Assembly (NCBI GenBank): GCA_046546105.1
Contig: JBKGYN010000002.1
Span: 10,913 to 74,912 of the forward strand
DNA length: 64,000 bases
Direction: 5' to 3'
From: Candidatus Woesearchaeota archaeon
GTDB taxonomy: Archaea; Nanobdellota; Nanobdellia; Woesearchaeales; SKGA01
Shown here in pieces: positions 19,344 through 28,878 of the stretch (within the stretch, counting starts at the first letter, position 1; the number at the start of each line of letters is the position of its first letter). A program made the position numbers and the translations under genes. The notes beneath the pieces are model-generated. The model worked only from the letters and a program-made list of their open reading frames with translations, was not told the DNA's origin and searched no databases.

Positions 19344-20486
19344 ATGGGAGCTAATGATCAAGTGGATGGGGGTTCTTTTGCCATTGATAATTCATCACGT
19401 GATGTTGAGCAGGAGAATCGTCTCCTTCGGGAAACTATTTCGCAGCTCAAGCACGAGCTTGACCGCTATCGTTCTCCAGCGCTTCTTGTTGCTGAAGTCG
19501 TTGAACTGGTTGACGAGCATCATGCGATGATTGTCATGCCTAACGGTAACAAGTTCTTCGTTGACATGGCACAGCCGTTCGAGGAGGTTTCTCCCGGTGA
19601 TTCGGTGCTTGTCGAACAGAAAAACCTCACCATCGTCGATAAAGTGGAGACTAACCGTAAATTCAATGTAGAGCAGTTTGTCATTGTCGAGAAACCGAAC
19701 GTGAAATGGAAGGACGTCGGTGGTCTGGATCGTCAGGCTCGTGAAGTTCAGGAAGTGGTTGAGATGCCGCTGAAAAAGCCTGAATTGTTCAAGGAAGTCG
19801 GTATCGAGCCGCCGAAAGGTATCTTGCTTCACGGTCCGCCGGGTACTGGTAAGACACTCCTTGCCAAAGCCGTTGCGACAAGCACGAATTCGACCTTCAT
19901 CGAGGTTGTCGGTAGCGAGCTTGTCCAGAAGTTCATCGGTGAAGGTGCTAAGCTGGTCAAGGAGATTTTTGACTATGCTCGCCAGCACGCTCCGTCTGTC
20001 GTTTTCATTGACGAGCTTGACTCTCTCGCGGCTAACCGTGTAGAGCTCGGCACGAGCGGTGAGCGTGAAGTTCAGCGTACCTTCATGCAGTTCCTGGCCG
20101 AGATTGACGGTTTCACCCCTCTTTCTGACGTCAAGATCATCGGTTGTACGAACCGTAAGGACATCCTTGATCCTGCAATCCTCCGCCCTGGTCGCCTTGA
20201 TCGTCACATCGAGATTACTGCACCCTCCCAGGAGGGCGTTGAGCAGATTTTCAGGATCCACACTCGTAAGATGACTCTCGAGAAGGGATTCCGATATAAG
20301 TCTATCGCCAAGCTTCTTGAGGGTATGACTGGCGCTGAAATCAAGGCTGTCTGTACCGAAGCTGGTTATGGTGCCATCCGTGATGATCGCAAGACGGTGA
20401 AGATGGCTGACTTCAAAGAAGCAAGAGAGAAAGTCCTTTCCGATGAGAACAAGGAAGGCGATGAGTATCTGAATATGTATAGTTGA
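19344..20486 (+). CDS. pan: proteasome-activating nucleotidase PAN (AAA+ ATPase)
   Basis: N-terminal coiled coil (ENRLLRETISQLKHELDRYR), OB region, AAA core GILLHGPPGTGKTLLAKAVA, VVFIDELDS, second region of homology; start placed at in-frame ATG 60 nt into ORF 19284. Confidence 0.9.
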   Translation: MGANDQVDGGSFAIDNSSRDVEQENRLLRETISQLKHELDRYRSPALLVAEVVELVDEHHAMIVMPNGNKFFVDMAQPFEEVSPGDSVLVEQKNLTIVDKVETNRKFNVEQFVIVEKPNVKWKDVGGLDRQAREVQEVVEMPLKKPELFKEVGIEPPKGILLHGPPGTGKTLLAKAVATSTNSTFIEVVGSELVQKFIGEGAKLVKEIFDYARQHAPSVVFIDELDSLAANRVELGTSGEREVQRTFMQFLAEIDGFTPLSDVKIIGCTNRKDILDPAILRPGRLDRHIEITAPSQEGVEQIFRIHTRKMTLEKGFRYKSIAKLLEGMTGAEIKAVCTEAGYGAIRDDRKTVKMADFKEAREKVLSDENKEGDEYLNMYS

Positions 20487-20782
20487 TTCTTTCTTGGCTT
20501 TTTGCTTTCTTTTCTCAGCTTCTATGCTTTTTTTCGTGTATGCTTGATAATGAGGATTTGAAAAGCAAGAAGCCGATTGAAACTGTGTAGCGCTCAGAAG
20601 TTACATCCGTTCATCATCGGCCAGTGGCCTACAGTGGGTGTTCACTCTTTCATCGCACTATTGCACTTCAATGAATCTTTTTTGTATCAAAGACTCTAAA
20701 ACCTCTTGCTTCTCTGACGCGCACAAAAATCCGGATGCGTTATAAAACTTGTGTATCTTCTGGTTCTTTTAAATGCCATGCA

Positions 20783-21805
20783 TCAATTGTGCAGTTTGAA
20801 ATCGACACAGACCCGATACGTCCGTGGCGCGTGCTGCCCTGCCTTGACAAAATCGAGAATCTCGTACTCGCGCCCTGCTTTTTTGCAGTGCTTATCGATC
20901 TCTTCTGTCGCTTTATGGAATTCGTTCTGGTGGTAGAAGGCATACATGTGAACTATCGCTCCTTTGCGCGCCGCTTGCAGAGTCGCATCAAGGAACTCTT
21001 CAGCGGTCTTGGGCAGTGGCATGACGATCCTGTCAAAGGTCTTGTCCAGTTTTGGCACGACTTCCCTGACATCCCCGCAGTAAAGTTTTACGTTCTCGCA
21101 CTTGTTTCTCTTTATATTCTCAACTCCGTACTCGTGCCCTGTCGGGTTGATCTCCACTCCTATGATCTCCTTGGCATCCGTTTGCTTGCTGAACACGCAC
21201 GGATACGGTGCAGCTCCTGAAAACATCACCAGGATGTCTTCTCCTGCCTTTACCTGCTCGGCGATTCGCTTCCTCTCCGTTGATAACCGTGCTGAGAAAT
21301 AGACCTCTTCAACATCCACTTTCAGGGTGCAGCCATTCTCCTTGTATTCAGCAACTTTTGTCTCCTTCCCAGCCAAGTATTTCATCGCCTGCGTCCTGTA
21401 TACACCGTCGTGCTTGCTTCCTTTTGACAGCACTGTCTTGACAAGAGGGTTTGCCTTGAGAAGTGTCGTTGCAATCTCTTTTTCCTTATGTTCGAGTTCT
21501 TCAGGAATCTCTATGATTGCGATGTTGCCGACAACATCATACGCGGTTTTTGCAAGATCGAGCTCCTCTTCAGCGAGCACTTCTCCCAACGCTTCACGCA
21601 ACGGCACTGCTTTGACATTGTTCTTATGCTCGTTGAGCTCATAGTCTCGAGCCTCATAGTCTCCATCGTACTTTTGATTCACTGGGAAGATGATGTGTGT
21701 CTTGTCTCTCCGTGGCCGATAACTAGTATCAAGCATCTCCTTCTCGATGAGGTATCGCTTGGTCTTTTCAGCCTCTTGCAGCGGTACTTTGATTCCTAGT
21801 GCCAT
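20783..21805 (-). CDS. trm5: tRNA (guanine37-N1)-methyltransferase Trm5 / TYW2 family
   Basis: Met-10+ like class-I MTase: VEEVYFSARLSTERKRI, DILVMFSGAAPYPC, NIKRNKCENVKLYCGDVREVV, DRIVMPLP. Confidence 0.8.
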   Translation of the reverse strand: MALGIKVPLQEAEKTKRYLIEKEMLDTSYRPRRDKTHIIFPVNQKYDGDYEARDYELNEHKNNVKAVPLREALGEVLAEEELDLAKTAYDVVGNIAIIEIPEELEHKEKEIATTLLKANPLVKTVLSKGSKHDGVYRTQAMKYLAGKETKVAEYKENGCTLKVDVEEVYFSARLSTERKRIAEQVKAGEDILVMFSGAAPYPCVFSKQTDAKEIIGVEINPTGHEYGVENIKRNKCENVKLYCGDVREVVPKLDKTFDRIVMPLPKTAEEFLDATLQAARKGAIVHMYAFYHQNEFHKATEEIDKHCKKAGREYEILDFVKAGQHAPRTYRVCVDFKLHN

Positions 21806-21838
21806 CGCTCCCTCAAGAATTGGTCTTGTTTTAAATAC

Positions 21839-22774
21839 TTACTCGTTGAGCTGTTCCATGATCCTTGTAATCGTCGCTTCATCTTCAGCTTCTCTTACCT
21901 CGGTTTTTCTTCTGCTCGCTCCCTTGCTTCCCGAAAGCATCCAGCACGCGTGGTCTTTGAGCTGTCCGAGACTTTTCGGCACTTGGTTCCGGAAATGCTT
22001 GTAGAATGTTTTGAACACGCTCTGTCTCTTTATATGCGGTGTTGGTTCCGAGTCCAGTGCAGCTGCTATTTTCGTGAACATGCTCGGGTCATCCCTTGCA
22101 GTTCTTCCAAGCATCACGCCGTCCGCATCTCCTTGCTCCAGTAACTTCTTGGCATGTCCTGGCTTGTTGATATCCCCGTTTGCGATCACGGGTATCTCTG
22201 TGAGTTCTTTCAGCTTCTCGAAACACGCCCAGTCTGCCGCGCCCGTATATCCTTGCCGTACCGTCCGCCCATGGATAGTGATCGCGCTCACTCCCTCTTC
22301 TTGAGCCATGCGTCCAATCTCTTCAAACGTTATTCTCTTATCATCGAATCCTTTTCGGATCTTGATTGTCACCGGCTTCTCGGTGACCTCTCTCACTGCT
22401 TTGATGACACGTCTCATGAGATGCGGGTATGATAATAAATAACCACCTGCCTTGCGTCCGAGCACCTCTTTGAGCGGGCAGCCGAAATTCAGATCGATAA
22501 CATCGACGTATTCTTCCACATCCTGGGCGAGCCTTGCTGCCACTTCTGGTATTGCCGTCATGATCTGGAATGCCACGGGCGTATCAATCTCATGTAACCG
22601 TTTCATATCATAGAAATTGCGCTCGCTATCCTCGATCGCTTGCGTGACCACCATGCCTGCCTTGTAGTCGGCACAGGTCTTGAGAAACGCCTCGCAGCTA
22701 ACCCCTTCCATCGGTGCTGCGATTGTTGGATGCTTGAGAGTCACGTTCCCGATCTGTAATGTTCGGCTCATCAT
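21839..22774 (-). CDS. tRNA-dihydrouridine synthase (Dus family, TIM barrel flavoenzyme)
   Basis: AAPMEGVS, DLNFGCP, ITIHGRT, IPVIANGDI motifs. Confidence 0.8.
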   Translation of the reverse strand: MMSRTLQIGNVTLKHPTIAAPMEGVSCEAFLKTCADYKAGMVVTQAIEDSERNFYDMKRLHEIDTPVAFQIMTAIPEVAARLAQDVEEYVDVIDLNFGCPLKEVLGRKAGGYLLSYPHLMRRVIKAVREVTEKPVTIKIRKGFDDKRITFEEIGRMAQEEGVSAITIHGRTVRQGYTGAADWACFEKLKELTEIPVIANGDINKPGHAKKLLEQGDADGVMLGRTARDDPSMFTKIAAALDSEPTPHIKRQSVFKTFYKHFRNQVPKSLGQLKDHACWMLSGSKGASRRKTEVREAEDEATITRIMEQLNE

Positions 22775-24460
22775 TTATTCCTGGTAGTGATTGAGGTCTG
22801 TTTGCCCGCTTCGTTTTTTTGGCTTCGCTTGCATGGCTTTTGCGTCCTCTTCCTCTCCTTGCTGCTCTTCCACCTTCTCGCCGGCTTCTTCTTTGAGTTG
22901 CCGTGCGGTTTTCGGTCCGATTATTTCTTTGAGCTTTTCCATCTGCGCTTGCTTCACGTCCTTGACACTCGTGATACCGTGTGCGTGAAGCGTTCTCGCT
23001 CTCACTCGTCCGATGCCTTTGAACTTGAGAAGCGTGATAAGCTCGGAGCGTACCCCGTGTTTCGTTCGCAAAGCGATGTGTCGTAATATTGAAAGCAATC
23101 GTTTTTTCTTTGTCACTCGTGCCAGTTCCTCGCAGGCGTACATGAGCCACTCTCCCCGTTGGAGCTTGATCGTGATCTCTCCCGGTCTGATGCCGTACTT
23201 GTCAAGAAGCTGTTGTTCTGAAAACTCGTTGGACCAGTCGTTGAGAAAAGAGGCTGTCAGGATAGTGTCTTCATAATCGTCTTGCGAATACTCGTAGAAA
23301 TCATTCTCATCAAGCAGTATGAGTTCCTGCTCGTCCATGATGTTTTCCACCAGTTCTACAGCGCTTGTTTTCATGCGCAGCAACGGTCGCATCTCAAGAG
23401 AGCAGGAGATGAGGTGTTGCACGGCAAAGGTCTGCTCTTCATCCTCCTTGCTGCGCAGTTCTTTCTCCAGTCTCGACATCCCTTCAAGAATCAGGTGTGC
23501 GGTGAGTGGATCGAGATAGATCTCTGAAACCCTCTGCCCGAGCGGTGTTGCAACAAGCTTCTCCTCTTCATTAGCTTGTTGTTCCGCGCCATACATCTCG
23601 CTTGCCGTGACGAATATGCTGCTTGACTCTTCGCTTCCTTGCTTTTCCTGTTCTTCTTGCTCGAGAAACTCCCATTTCTTGAGGAGTTTGATCATCTTCG
23701 TGAGTGTTGCGATGAGCCGTTTCATGTTCCCGAACTGCTTTGCATAGAACGTCTCGCTGAAGAAGTCGATGAGCTCTTGTTTTGTCGTGATGATTTCTGT
23801 TGCCACGAGGCTTAAGATATAGGTTCGTAGCACTGGTTCCACTGCGAGCTTTGAATGGATGTCCTCGACAATCCCGTGGATGTAGGTTTCTGTCAATCGT
23901 TCGATCTCCTCCTGGTTTCCTGCAACCAGTATCGCTTCCCCGTATTCTTCCATTCCCGGACGCCCGGCCCTGCCTGCCATCTGCAGGTATTCGAGAACGG
24001 GAATCGGTGCCATTCCTTGTCCGCTGAATCGCTTGTGATCCCTGATTACTGCTCGAAAAGCTGGGAGATCGAGACCTGCTGCCAGTGTTGGTGTTGAGCA
24101 GATGACTCTGATGGTTCCATCCCGGAATGCTTGTTCTATAAGTGTGCGTTGTCCTGACGGTAATCCTGCGTGATGGAATGCTATCCCTTTACGAAGACAG
24201 GCTGCGAGTCTCTTGCATTGTTTTGTGGGATGCGCGAGTACGTCAAGCGCCTTATCTGCCACACCATCAAGCACTTCGCTTCGCACTTCCTGTTCTTCTT
24301 TTCTCCCTTTTGCTATTTTTTCAGCCTGGCTTTCAGCAGCTCGTTTGCTTGCGCAAAACACCAATGCTTGCTTGCCAAGCGCTATAGTATCAAGACAAAG
24401 TGCTGTTGTCTGGTCAGAAGACCCTTTACGGATAGGTTTTGCTCTCATGCGTGAAATCAA
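22775..24460 (-). CDS. Hel308/Ski2-like helicase, C-terminal portion only (RecA2, winged-helix, ratchet/HhH); N-terminal RecA1 domain absent
   Basis: Motif IV ALVFCAS, motif V STPTLAAGLDLPA, motif VI QMAGRAGRPG, then a Sec63-like ratchet and C-terminal HhH (GIGRVRARTLHAHGITSVKDV); the ORF starts at TTG and an in-frame stop lies 15 nt upstream; no Walker A/DEAH anywhere upstream. Confidence 0.7.
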   Translation of the reverse strand: MISRMRAKPIRKGSSDQTTALCLDTIALGKQALVFCASKRAAESQAEKIAKGRKEEQEVRSEVLDGVADKALDVLAHPTKQCKRLAACLRKGIAFHHAGLPSGQRTLIEQAFRDGTIRVICSTPTLAAGLDLPAFRAVIRDHKRFSGQGMAPIPVLEYLQMAGRAGRPGMEEYGEAILVAGNQEEIERLTETYIHGIVEDIHSKLAVEPVLRTYILSLVATEIITTKQELIDFFSETFYAKQFGNMKRLIATLTKMIKLLKKWEFLEQEEQEKQGSEESSSIFVTASEMYGAEQQANEEEKLVATPLGQRVSEIYLDPLTAHLILEGMSRLEKELRSKEDEEQTFAVQHLISCSLEMRPLLRMKTSAVELVENIMDEQELILLDENDFYEYSQDDYEDTILTASFLNDWSNEFSEQQLLDKYGIRPGEITIKLQRGEWLMYACEELARVTKKKRLLSILRHIALRTKHGVRSELITLLKFKGIGRVRARTLHAHGITSVKDVKQAQMEKLKEIIGPKTARQLKEEAGEKVEEQQGEEEDAKAMQAKPKKRSGQTDLNHYQE

Positions 24461-24475
24461 GAACGGGTGTTGTGT

Positions 24476-24745
24476 TTAAAGGTTTTTGCTCTCGCCATAC
24501 AAGAACATTGCCCCATCGACAAGACTTGTTGTTATGAGTATTCCCTCGATAGTCAGCCATCCTGTAAGACCTAGGCTTAATGCGACGACACTATTCACGA
24601 TAAATAGTGTTATGAGAGAAAGCGCTACATGTTCAGTCGTTGTTCCTTTTCGCTTCCGGAACCAGCGAATGCTTATTGGCGCGGGGAGAATCGCCGTGAT
24701 AATCGCTAGTATGTGTATTGCCGAAATCATATCTTCATATTCCAT
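24476..24745 (-). CDS. small hypothetical membrane protein
   Basis: 89-aa ORF with 2-3 hydrophobic helices; could be spurious. Confidence 0.3.
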   Translation of the reverse strand: MEYEDMISAIHILAIITAILPAPISIRWFRKRKGTTTEHVALSLITLFIVNSVVALSLGLTGWLTIEGILITTSLVDGAMFLYGESKNL

Positions 24746-24789
24746 TCCATCATATTTATATATCTTCTCGTGGTGTTCCTTTGATTATC

Positions 24790-26316
24790 ATGGTTCAGTT
24801 GAGGTTCTTTGATATTCTCGCTTTCGTACTTATCCTGGGAGCTTCATTTCTCATCTATTCTCCTCATGATCACTATGAAGGGCCGTTCTTGAGTCCTTTC
24901 GAGAGGGGTATTGTGAATGGCTCTCTCGGGCATCACCCTTTCCCTTTACATGTTGATGGGTGGAATCACGTGTCTCTTTCAAAAGCTGTAGTTGATAGTG
25001 ACGGTCTTTATCATTCTAACCCTCAATTAGCAGTCAACACAAAGTATCATTCTTTAGAATGGGGTTTTCATCTGCTTGTAGGTTTCCTGAGCTTGCTTTT
25101 TGGCATCTCTGTGCTTAAATTATCTGTCGTTCTCCCTTCCTTGTTCTTTCTCCTTGGGGCGTTCATGTGGTATGTTTTTATCGGACGGCAGTTGAAACGA
25201 CCTCTTGCAGCACTTGTATCGATCGCTTTTTTCGCTCTCATACCTGCCAATGCGAACCTTCTCGGTCATTGGTTTTTCATCCCCCTTACCACCTTATGGT
25301 TTTTTCTCTCCTCTTTTGCCATCATACTCCATTCCCGGATCTCGCTTACAGCCAGATTCACACTCGCAGGCATCCTCCTTCTCATCTCTTTTTCAATCTA
25401 CCCTTTCGCTACCTTGCTCATGTTGGCTTTGTTGTTTTTCATCACCTTGTGGCACTATCGGTCATGGTTTTCCATGGTCTGGTCGAAACGCAAGCTTGCA
25501 GCCATAGGTGTCGCCACGGTTGTTTTTAGTATCATTCTCGTCCTTATTGCATCGGGAGTGTTTGACATGCTTGTTTTTGAGAAAGGGTGGACAGCTGTTG
25601 AATATGATTATCCTGTTTCTTATTTCGTGCCTTGGATACTTGTCCTTATAGCTGTTTCTGGTGTGTTTCTCATGTGGGATGATGGTTTTCAGTGGTTATC
25701 GCTATTCACGGGCTTCTTTCTCGCCCATGGTCTTGTTTCCTTTCTCACTTATCATGTCTTTGGTTTCACTGTTCTCTTGCCCTTTCAGAGGATGGTATTT
25801 GTTTGGCAGTTGTTGGCAGGCCTTGCTATCGGTTTTGCGATCGAGTGTGCGCTTCGTCGTGTCGCTCGCTTATATGAACTTGACCTTCATAGACAGACCC
25901 TTTATTCTCTTTTGCTCGCCATTCTCATCCTTGGCTTGCTTGTCGCATGGCAGTTGCCTGGTTATTATGAACCGGAACCTGAACGGTTTGCGATTACCTC
26001 CTTCAATTCCGATGCGTACCTGCAGATTATAGACCGGATCCCTGCTGATGCCGGGTTGAATGTACTCTCGCACCCCTTGATTTCAACTTCGATCTATCCT
26101 CTTACCGGTAACAAAGTCGTTTCAGTATCAAGTGGGAATCTGGGCGGTCAGGACAGTGGTTTGTATGATCGGTTCTTGATGTCTGATTGTAAGACCAAAT
26201 CAGAACTGCTTGGAGAACACGGTATTGAATACATTATCACGGATAATTATTTTGATTGTCCGTATATCTCTGAAAAAGCATTCGCCAACGGCTTATTCTT
26301 GTATAAGACTGTGTGA
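24790..26316 (+). CDS. polytopic membrane protein, putative GT-C-fold glycosyltransferase
   Basis: ORF 24718..26316, probable start MVQLRFF; about 11 TM helices with a first extracytoplasmic loop containing DHYE, and a soluble C-terminal domain; adjacent to GT4 and GT2 genes. Confidence 0.45.
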   Translation: MVQLRFFDILAFVLILGASFLIYSPHDHYEGPFLSPFERGIVNGSLGHHPFPLHVDGWNHVSLSKAVVDSDGLYHSNPQLAVNTKYHSLEWGFHLLVGFLSLLFGISVLKLSVVLPSLFFLLGAFMWYVFIGRQLKRPLAALVSIAFFALIPANANLLGHWFFIPLTTLWFFLSSFAIILHSRISLTARFTLAGILLLISFSIYPFATLLMLALLFFITLWHYRSWFSMVWSKRKLAAIGVATVVFSIILVLIASGVFDMLVFEKGWTAVEYDYPVSYFVPWILVLIAVSGVFLMWDDGFQWLSLFTGFFLAHGLVSFLTYHVFGFTVLLPFQRMVFVWQLLAGLAIGFAIECALRRVARLYELDLHRQTLYSLLLAILILGLLVAWQLPGYYEPEPERFAITSFNSDAYLQIIDRIPADAGLNVLSHPLISTSIYPLTGNKVVSVSSGNLGGQDSGLYDRFLMSDCKTKSELLGEHGIEYIITDNYFDCPYISEKAFANGLFLYKTV

Positions 26317-27432
26317 CTATTTGTTTTCGGCAAGCGATTCCACTTCTTCACGTATCTTTTTGATGAAGACTCTCGTATCGAATTCTTCCGCCTTCTTCTT
26401 GCAGGCTTCACGGTATCGTCCGGGATCCTGTTCTATTATAGAAATCGCTTTTCTTATTTTTTTTGTCGTGATGTTATTGATGAGGATGCCTGTCTTCCCA
26501 TCGATCACCGTTTCCTTATACCCGCCCTCGTTCGGCGCGATCACAGGCTTTCCCGCACTCATCGCTTCTACTGCTGTCAGTCCGAAATCTTCCTCTTTTG
26601 ACGTGGTTAGAAATCCGGTGCATGTAGCGTATAATTCTCGTAGCGTCTCATTGTTCACGTGATGCATTATCGTGACGTTCGGGGGCTTTTTCGTTTCGAT
26701 CTCTTTTTTGTACTTGAGAAAATGGTGTGACTTCTCATAACCTGCCACTATGACAAGCCGTTTCTCCGGCATCTTTCTGAACGCATCCAGCTGGAGTTCG
26801 AGTCGTTTATGACGCACGAACCTATTTACTGATAACCAGAAATTCTCTTGTGGCTTGTAATAGAACGAACTCGTATCTACTGGCGGATGGATTACCCTGG
26901 CTTCCCTTCCTATGTATTTGCGTATCCGTTGTCTGACATTCTCAGAATTGCACACGATTCGAGTGATCTTTTGCGCGTACCTTCGCTGCAGCCCTCTATT
27001 AAACATCACCCATATGTCGAAAATCCATCTTGTTATCCCCGACATGTTCTGTGTTCTCGTATATCTGTAGAGATCCCATATCTCTCTTGCTGGGCTGTGC
27101 GCATACCAGAGTGTCGGTCGTGCTCGTTTCGCAGCCCCTATCGCCCAATCACCGCTTATGATGTGCACATCATACTTTTTTTTCGGTGAGTATAACCTGC
27201 TTCTCAATAGTGCAGCTTGCTGCTTGAATGGCGCGTGATATGGTATCGGTCCAAGCGGGTAGATTTTCCCTGTTGCAAACCCTTGTTTTCGTGCATTTCC
27301 GGGCTTGTAAGTGCAGGTATAGATGTCACTGTCAAGAGCTTTTGCTATCGAGTACGTGACATGTTCTGCACCGCCCATGTTATCGAGGTAGTTGTGGATG
27401 ACCGCTGTTTTCGGGACTTGTTTTGGTCTCAT
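26317..27432 (-). CDS. GT4-family glycosyltransferase (GT-B fold)
   Basis: C-terminal EX7E-type motif (EDFGLTAVEAMSAGKPVIAPNEGGYKETV...GKTGILI). Confidence 0.8.
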   Translation of the reverse strand: MRPKQVPKTAVIHNYLDNMGGAEHVTYSIAKALDSDIYTCTYKPGNARKQGFATGKIYPLGPIPYHAPFKQQAALLRSRLYSPKKKYDVHIISGDWAIGAAKRARPTLWYAHSPAREIWDLYRYTRTQNMSGITRWIFDIWVMFNRGLQRRYAQKITRIVCNSENVRQRIRKYIGREARVIHPPVDTSSFYYKPQENFWLSVNRFVRHKRLELQLDAFRKMPEKRLVIVAGYEKSHHFLKYKKEIETKKPPNVTIMHHVNNETLRELYATCTGFLTTSKEEDFGLTAVEAMSAGKPVIAPNEGGYKETVIDGKTGILINNITTKKIRKAISIIEQDPGRYREACKKKAEEFDTRVFIKKIREEVESLAENK

Positions 27433-28577
27433 CCTTCATTCTCCTCGCCGACCAGTTGGACGCTGATATAATAGAATGAATTGAAAACTATCTGCACTCC
27501 AAGGATGAGTAGTGTTAATAAGATGATGCCTGCTCGCAGCTTCTCGATCCCGCCAAAGCCTGAATTCATCCACTCTACTACTATTGTTATCCCTATGATT
27601 ATGGGTGTGAGTACAAGGGCTCCTCCTGTCAGCAATCCTTTTTCCAGCGTCAGCCTTTTCTGGAGCCATTCGATGAATGCTCCATTATCATGATACTTGT
27701 TTGCGGCAAAGACCTTTGCGAAATAGCCTGTGATCAGCATCTGAAACCCTGTGATCGTAAACAGGCTTCCGATAAAAAGCGGGTGTGTGTGAAGCGTTAA
27801 GGTGCCGATCTGCACGGGTCCTGTTGCTAGCAGTCCTATGAGCAGAATTCCAATGAGAAAGATAATCATTCCGGGTAACAGGAATATTGTTGTCGGGCTG
27901 AAAAGGAGCATGAACCTCAAGTGTCTCCATCCGTCATTGAAACTATCGAGCTTTGAAGGCGTCTCTCTCGCTTTGTATCTGATCGGGAGCTCTCCGATGT
28001 TCAGCTTACGCTTCGCGGCCTTTATCACCATTTCCGTGGCGAATTCCATTCCGGGACTTGCAAGCTCCATTCGTTCAAGCTCTTCTCGCCTGATGAGCCG
28101 CATCCCGCAATGGACATCTCGCACCTTGCTCTTGAAAAGCATTCGTGTGAGTCCTGAAAGCAGCGGGTTGCCTATATGCTTGTGCAGCCCAGGCATCACT
28201 CCTTTTTCCAGCTCATACTTGAACCTGTTTCCTATCACCATATCGAGTTTCTCTTGCTCGAGATGTTTGTAGAATCGTTTGAGCTCTTTGAAATCATACG
28301 TCCCGTCACCATCTCCCATGAACACGAACCGTCCTTTCGCTTCCCGTATCCCTTTCTTATAGGCGTTACCATACCCTTTCTTTTCTTCGAAAACGACTCT
28401 TGCCCCTGCTTCTCTTGCTTTTCTTGCAGAACCATCTGTGCTGTTATTATCGATCACGATCACTTCATAATTTGCGTCGAGTTCTTTGGCACTCTCGCTA
28501 GCCTGCTTCACGCATCGTGCAATTGTCTGTTCTTCATCCAGGCAGGGTATGAGGATGCTTACGTCCGTATCATTCAT
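27429..28577 (-). CDS. GT2-family polyprenyl-phosphate glycosyltransferase (Dpm1/GtrB/ArnC-like) with C-terminal TM helices
   Basis: VSILIPCLDEE, VIVIDNNSTDGS, FVFMGDGDGT (DxD), followed by 3-4 TM helices; 4-nt overlap with the GT4 gene. Confidence 0.8.
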   Translation of the reverse strand: MNDTDVSILIPCLDEEQTIARCVKQASESAKELDANYEVIVIDNNSTDGSARKAREAGARVVFEEKKGYGNAYKKGIREAKGRFVFMGDGDGTYDFKELKRFYKHLEQEKLDMVIGNRFKYELEKGVMPGLHKHIGNPLLSGLTRMLFKSKVRDVHCGMRLIRREELERMELASPGMEFATEMVIKAAKRKLNIGELPIRYKARETPSKLDSFNDGWRHLRFMLLFSPTTIFLLPGMIIFLIGILLIGLLATGPVQIGTLTLHTHPLFIGSLFTITGFQMLITGYFAKVFAANKYHDNGAFIEWLQKRLTLEKGLLTGGALVLTPIIIGITIVVEWMNSGFGGIEKLRAGIILLTLLILGVQIVFNSFYYISVQLVGEENEG

Positions 28578-28640
28578 GATGTGGGTAAGTTTTGTTGTTG
28601 TTTAAATATGTATTTGTCTAGAAAAATAGAAAATAAAAGT

Positions 28641-28800
28641 GAGCCCGCGGAGACTTTCATGCTGGCGCATTCGGTCGTTATCGACCTTGCTCGCCAACTA
28701 TTTGAACTCCGGACCACACGATTTCTTTCACTGACGTTCGGAACATTACCGGGCCGTCAATGTATCAGTCGTGCACTCCACCAGGCTAAGCTACGGGCTC
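28641..28800 (-). tRNA. probable tRNA (anticodon GAT, Ile) carrying two insertions: an approximately 40-nt intron in the anticodon loop and an approximately 47-nt insertion between T-loop and 3' T-stem
   Basis: Minus strand: GAGCCCG-TA-GCTT-AGCCTGGTG-GAGT-G-CACGA-CTGATA-[insert]-A-TCGTG-TGGTC-CGGAG-TTCAAAT-[insert]-CTCCG-CGGGCTC; all stems pair; the D-arm is a near copy of that of the adjacent tRNA-Asn; lies 6 nt downstream of tRNA-Asn on the same strand. Confidence 0.5.
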
Positions 28801-28806
28801 AAAATG

Positions 28807-28878
28807 CGCCTCCGGCCAGATTCGAACTGGCGACCAATCGGTTAACAGCCGATCACTCTACCACTAAGCTACGGAGGC
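28807..28878 (-). tRNA. tRNA-Asn (anticodon GTT)
   Basis: GCCTCCG-TA-GCTT-AGTGGTA-GAGT-G-ATCGG-CTGTTAA-CCGAT-TGGTC-GCCAG-TTCGAAT-CTGGC-CGGAGGC-G; canonical cloverleaf, no encoded CCA. Confidence 0.85.

Noticed and set aside
19395-20261. 288-aa antisense ORF inside pan
   Set aside because: Lies wholly opposite a highly conserved AAA+ gene and has no motifs; a long antisense ORF like this is expected by chance.
28641-28800. Alternative reading of the 160-nt element as SRP RNA or another ncRNA because of its paired termini
   Set aside because: It contains a complete set of tRNA arms in the right order and follows tRNA-Asn by 6 nt; no SRP helix-8 or RNase P P4 motifs are present.
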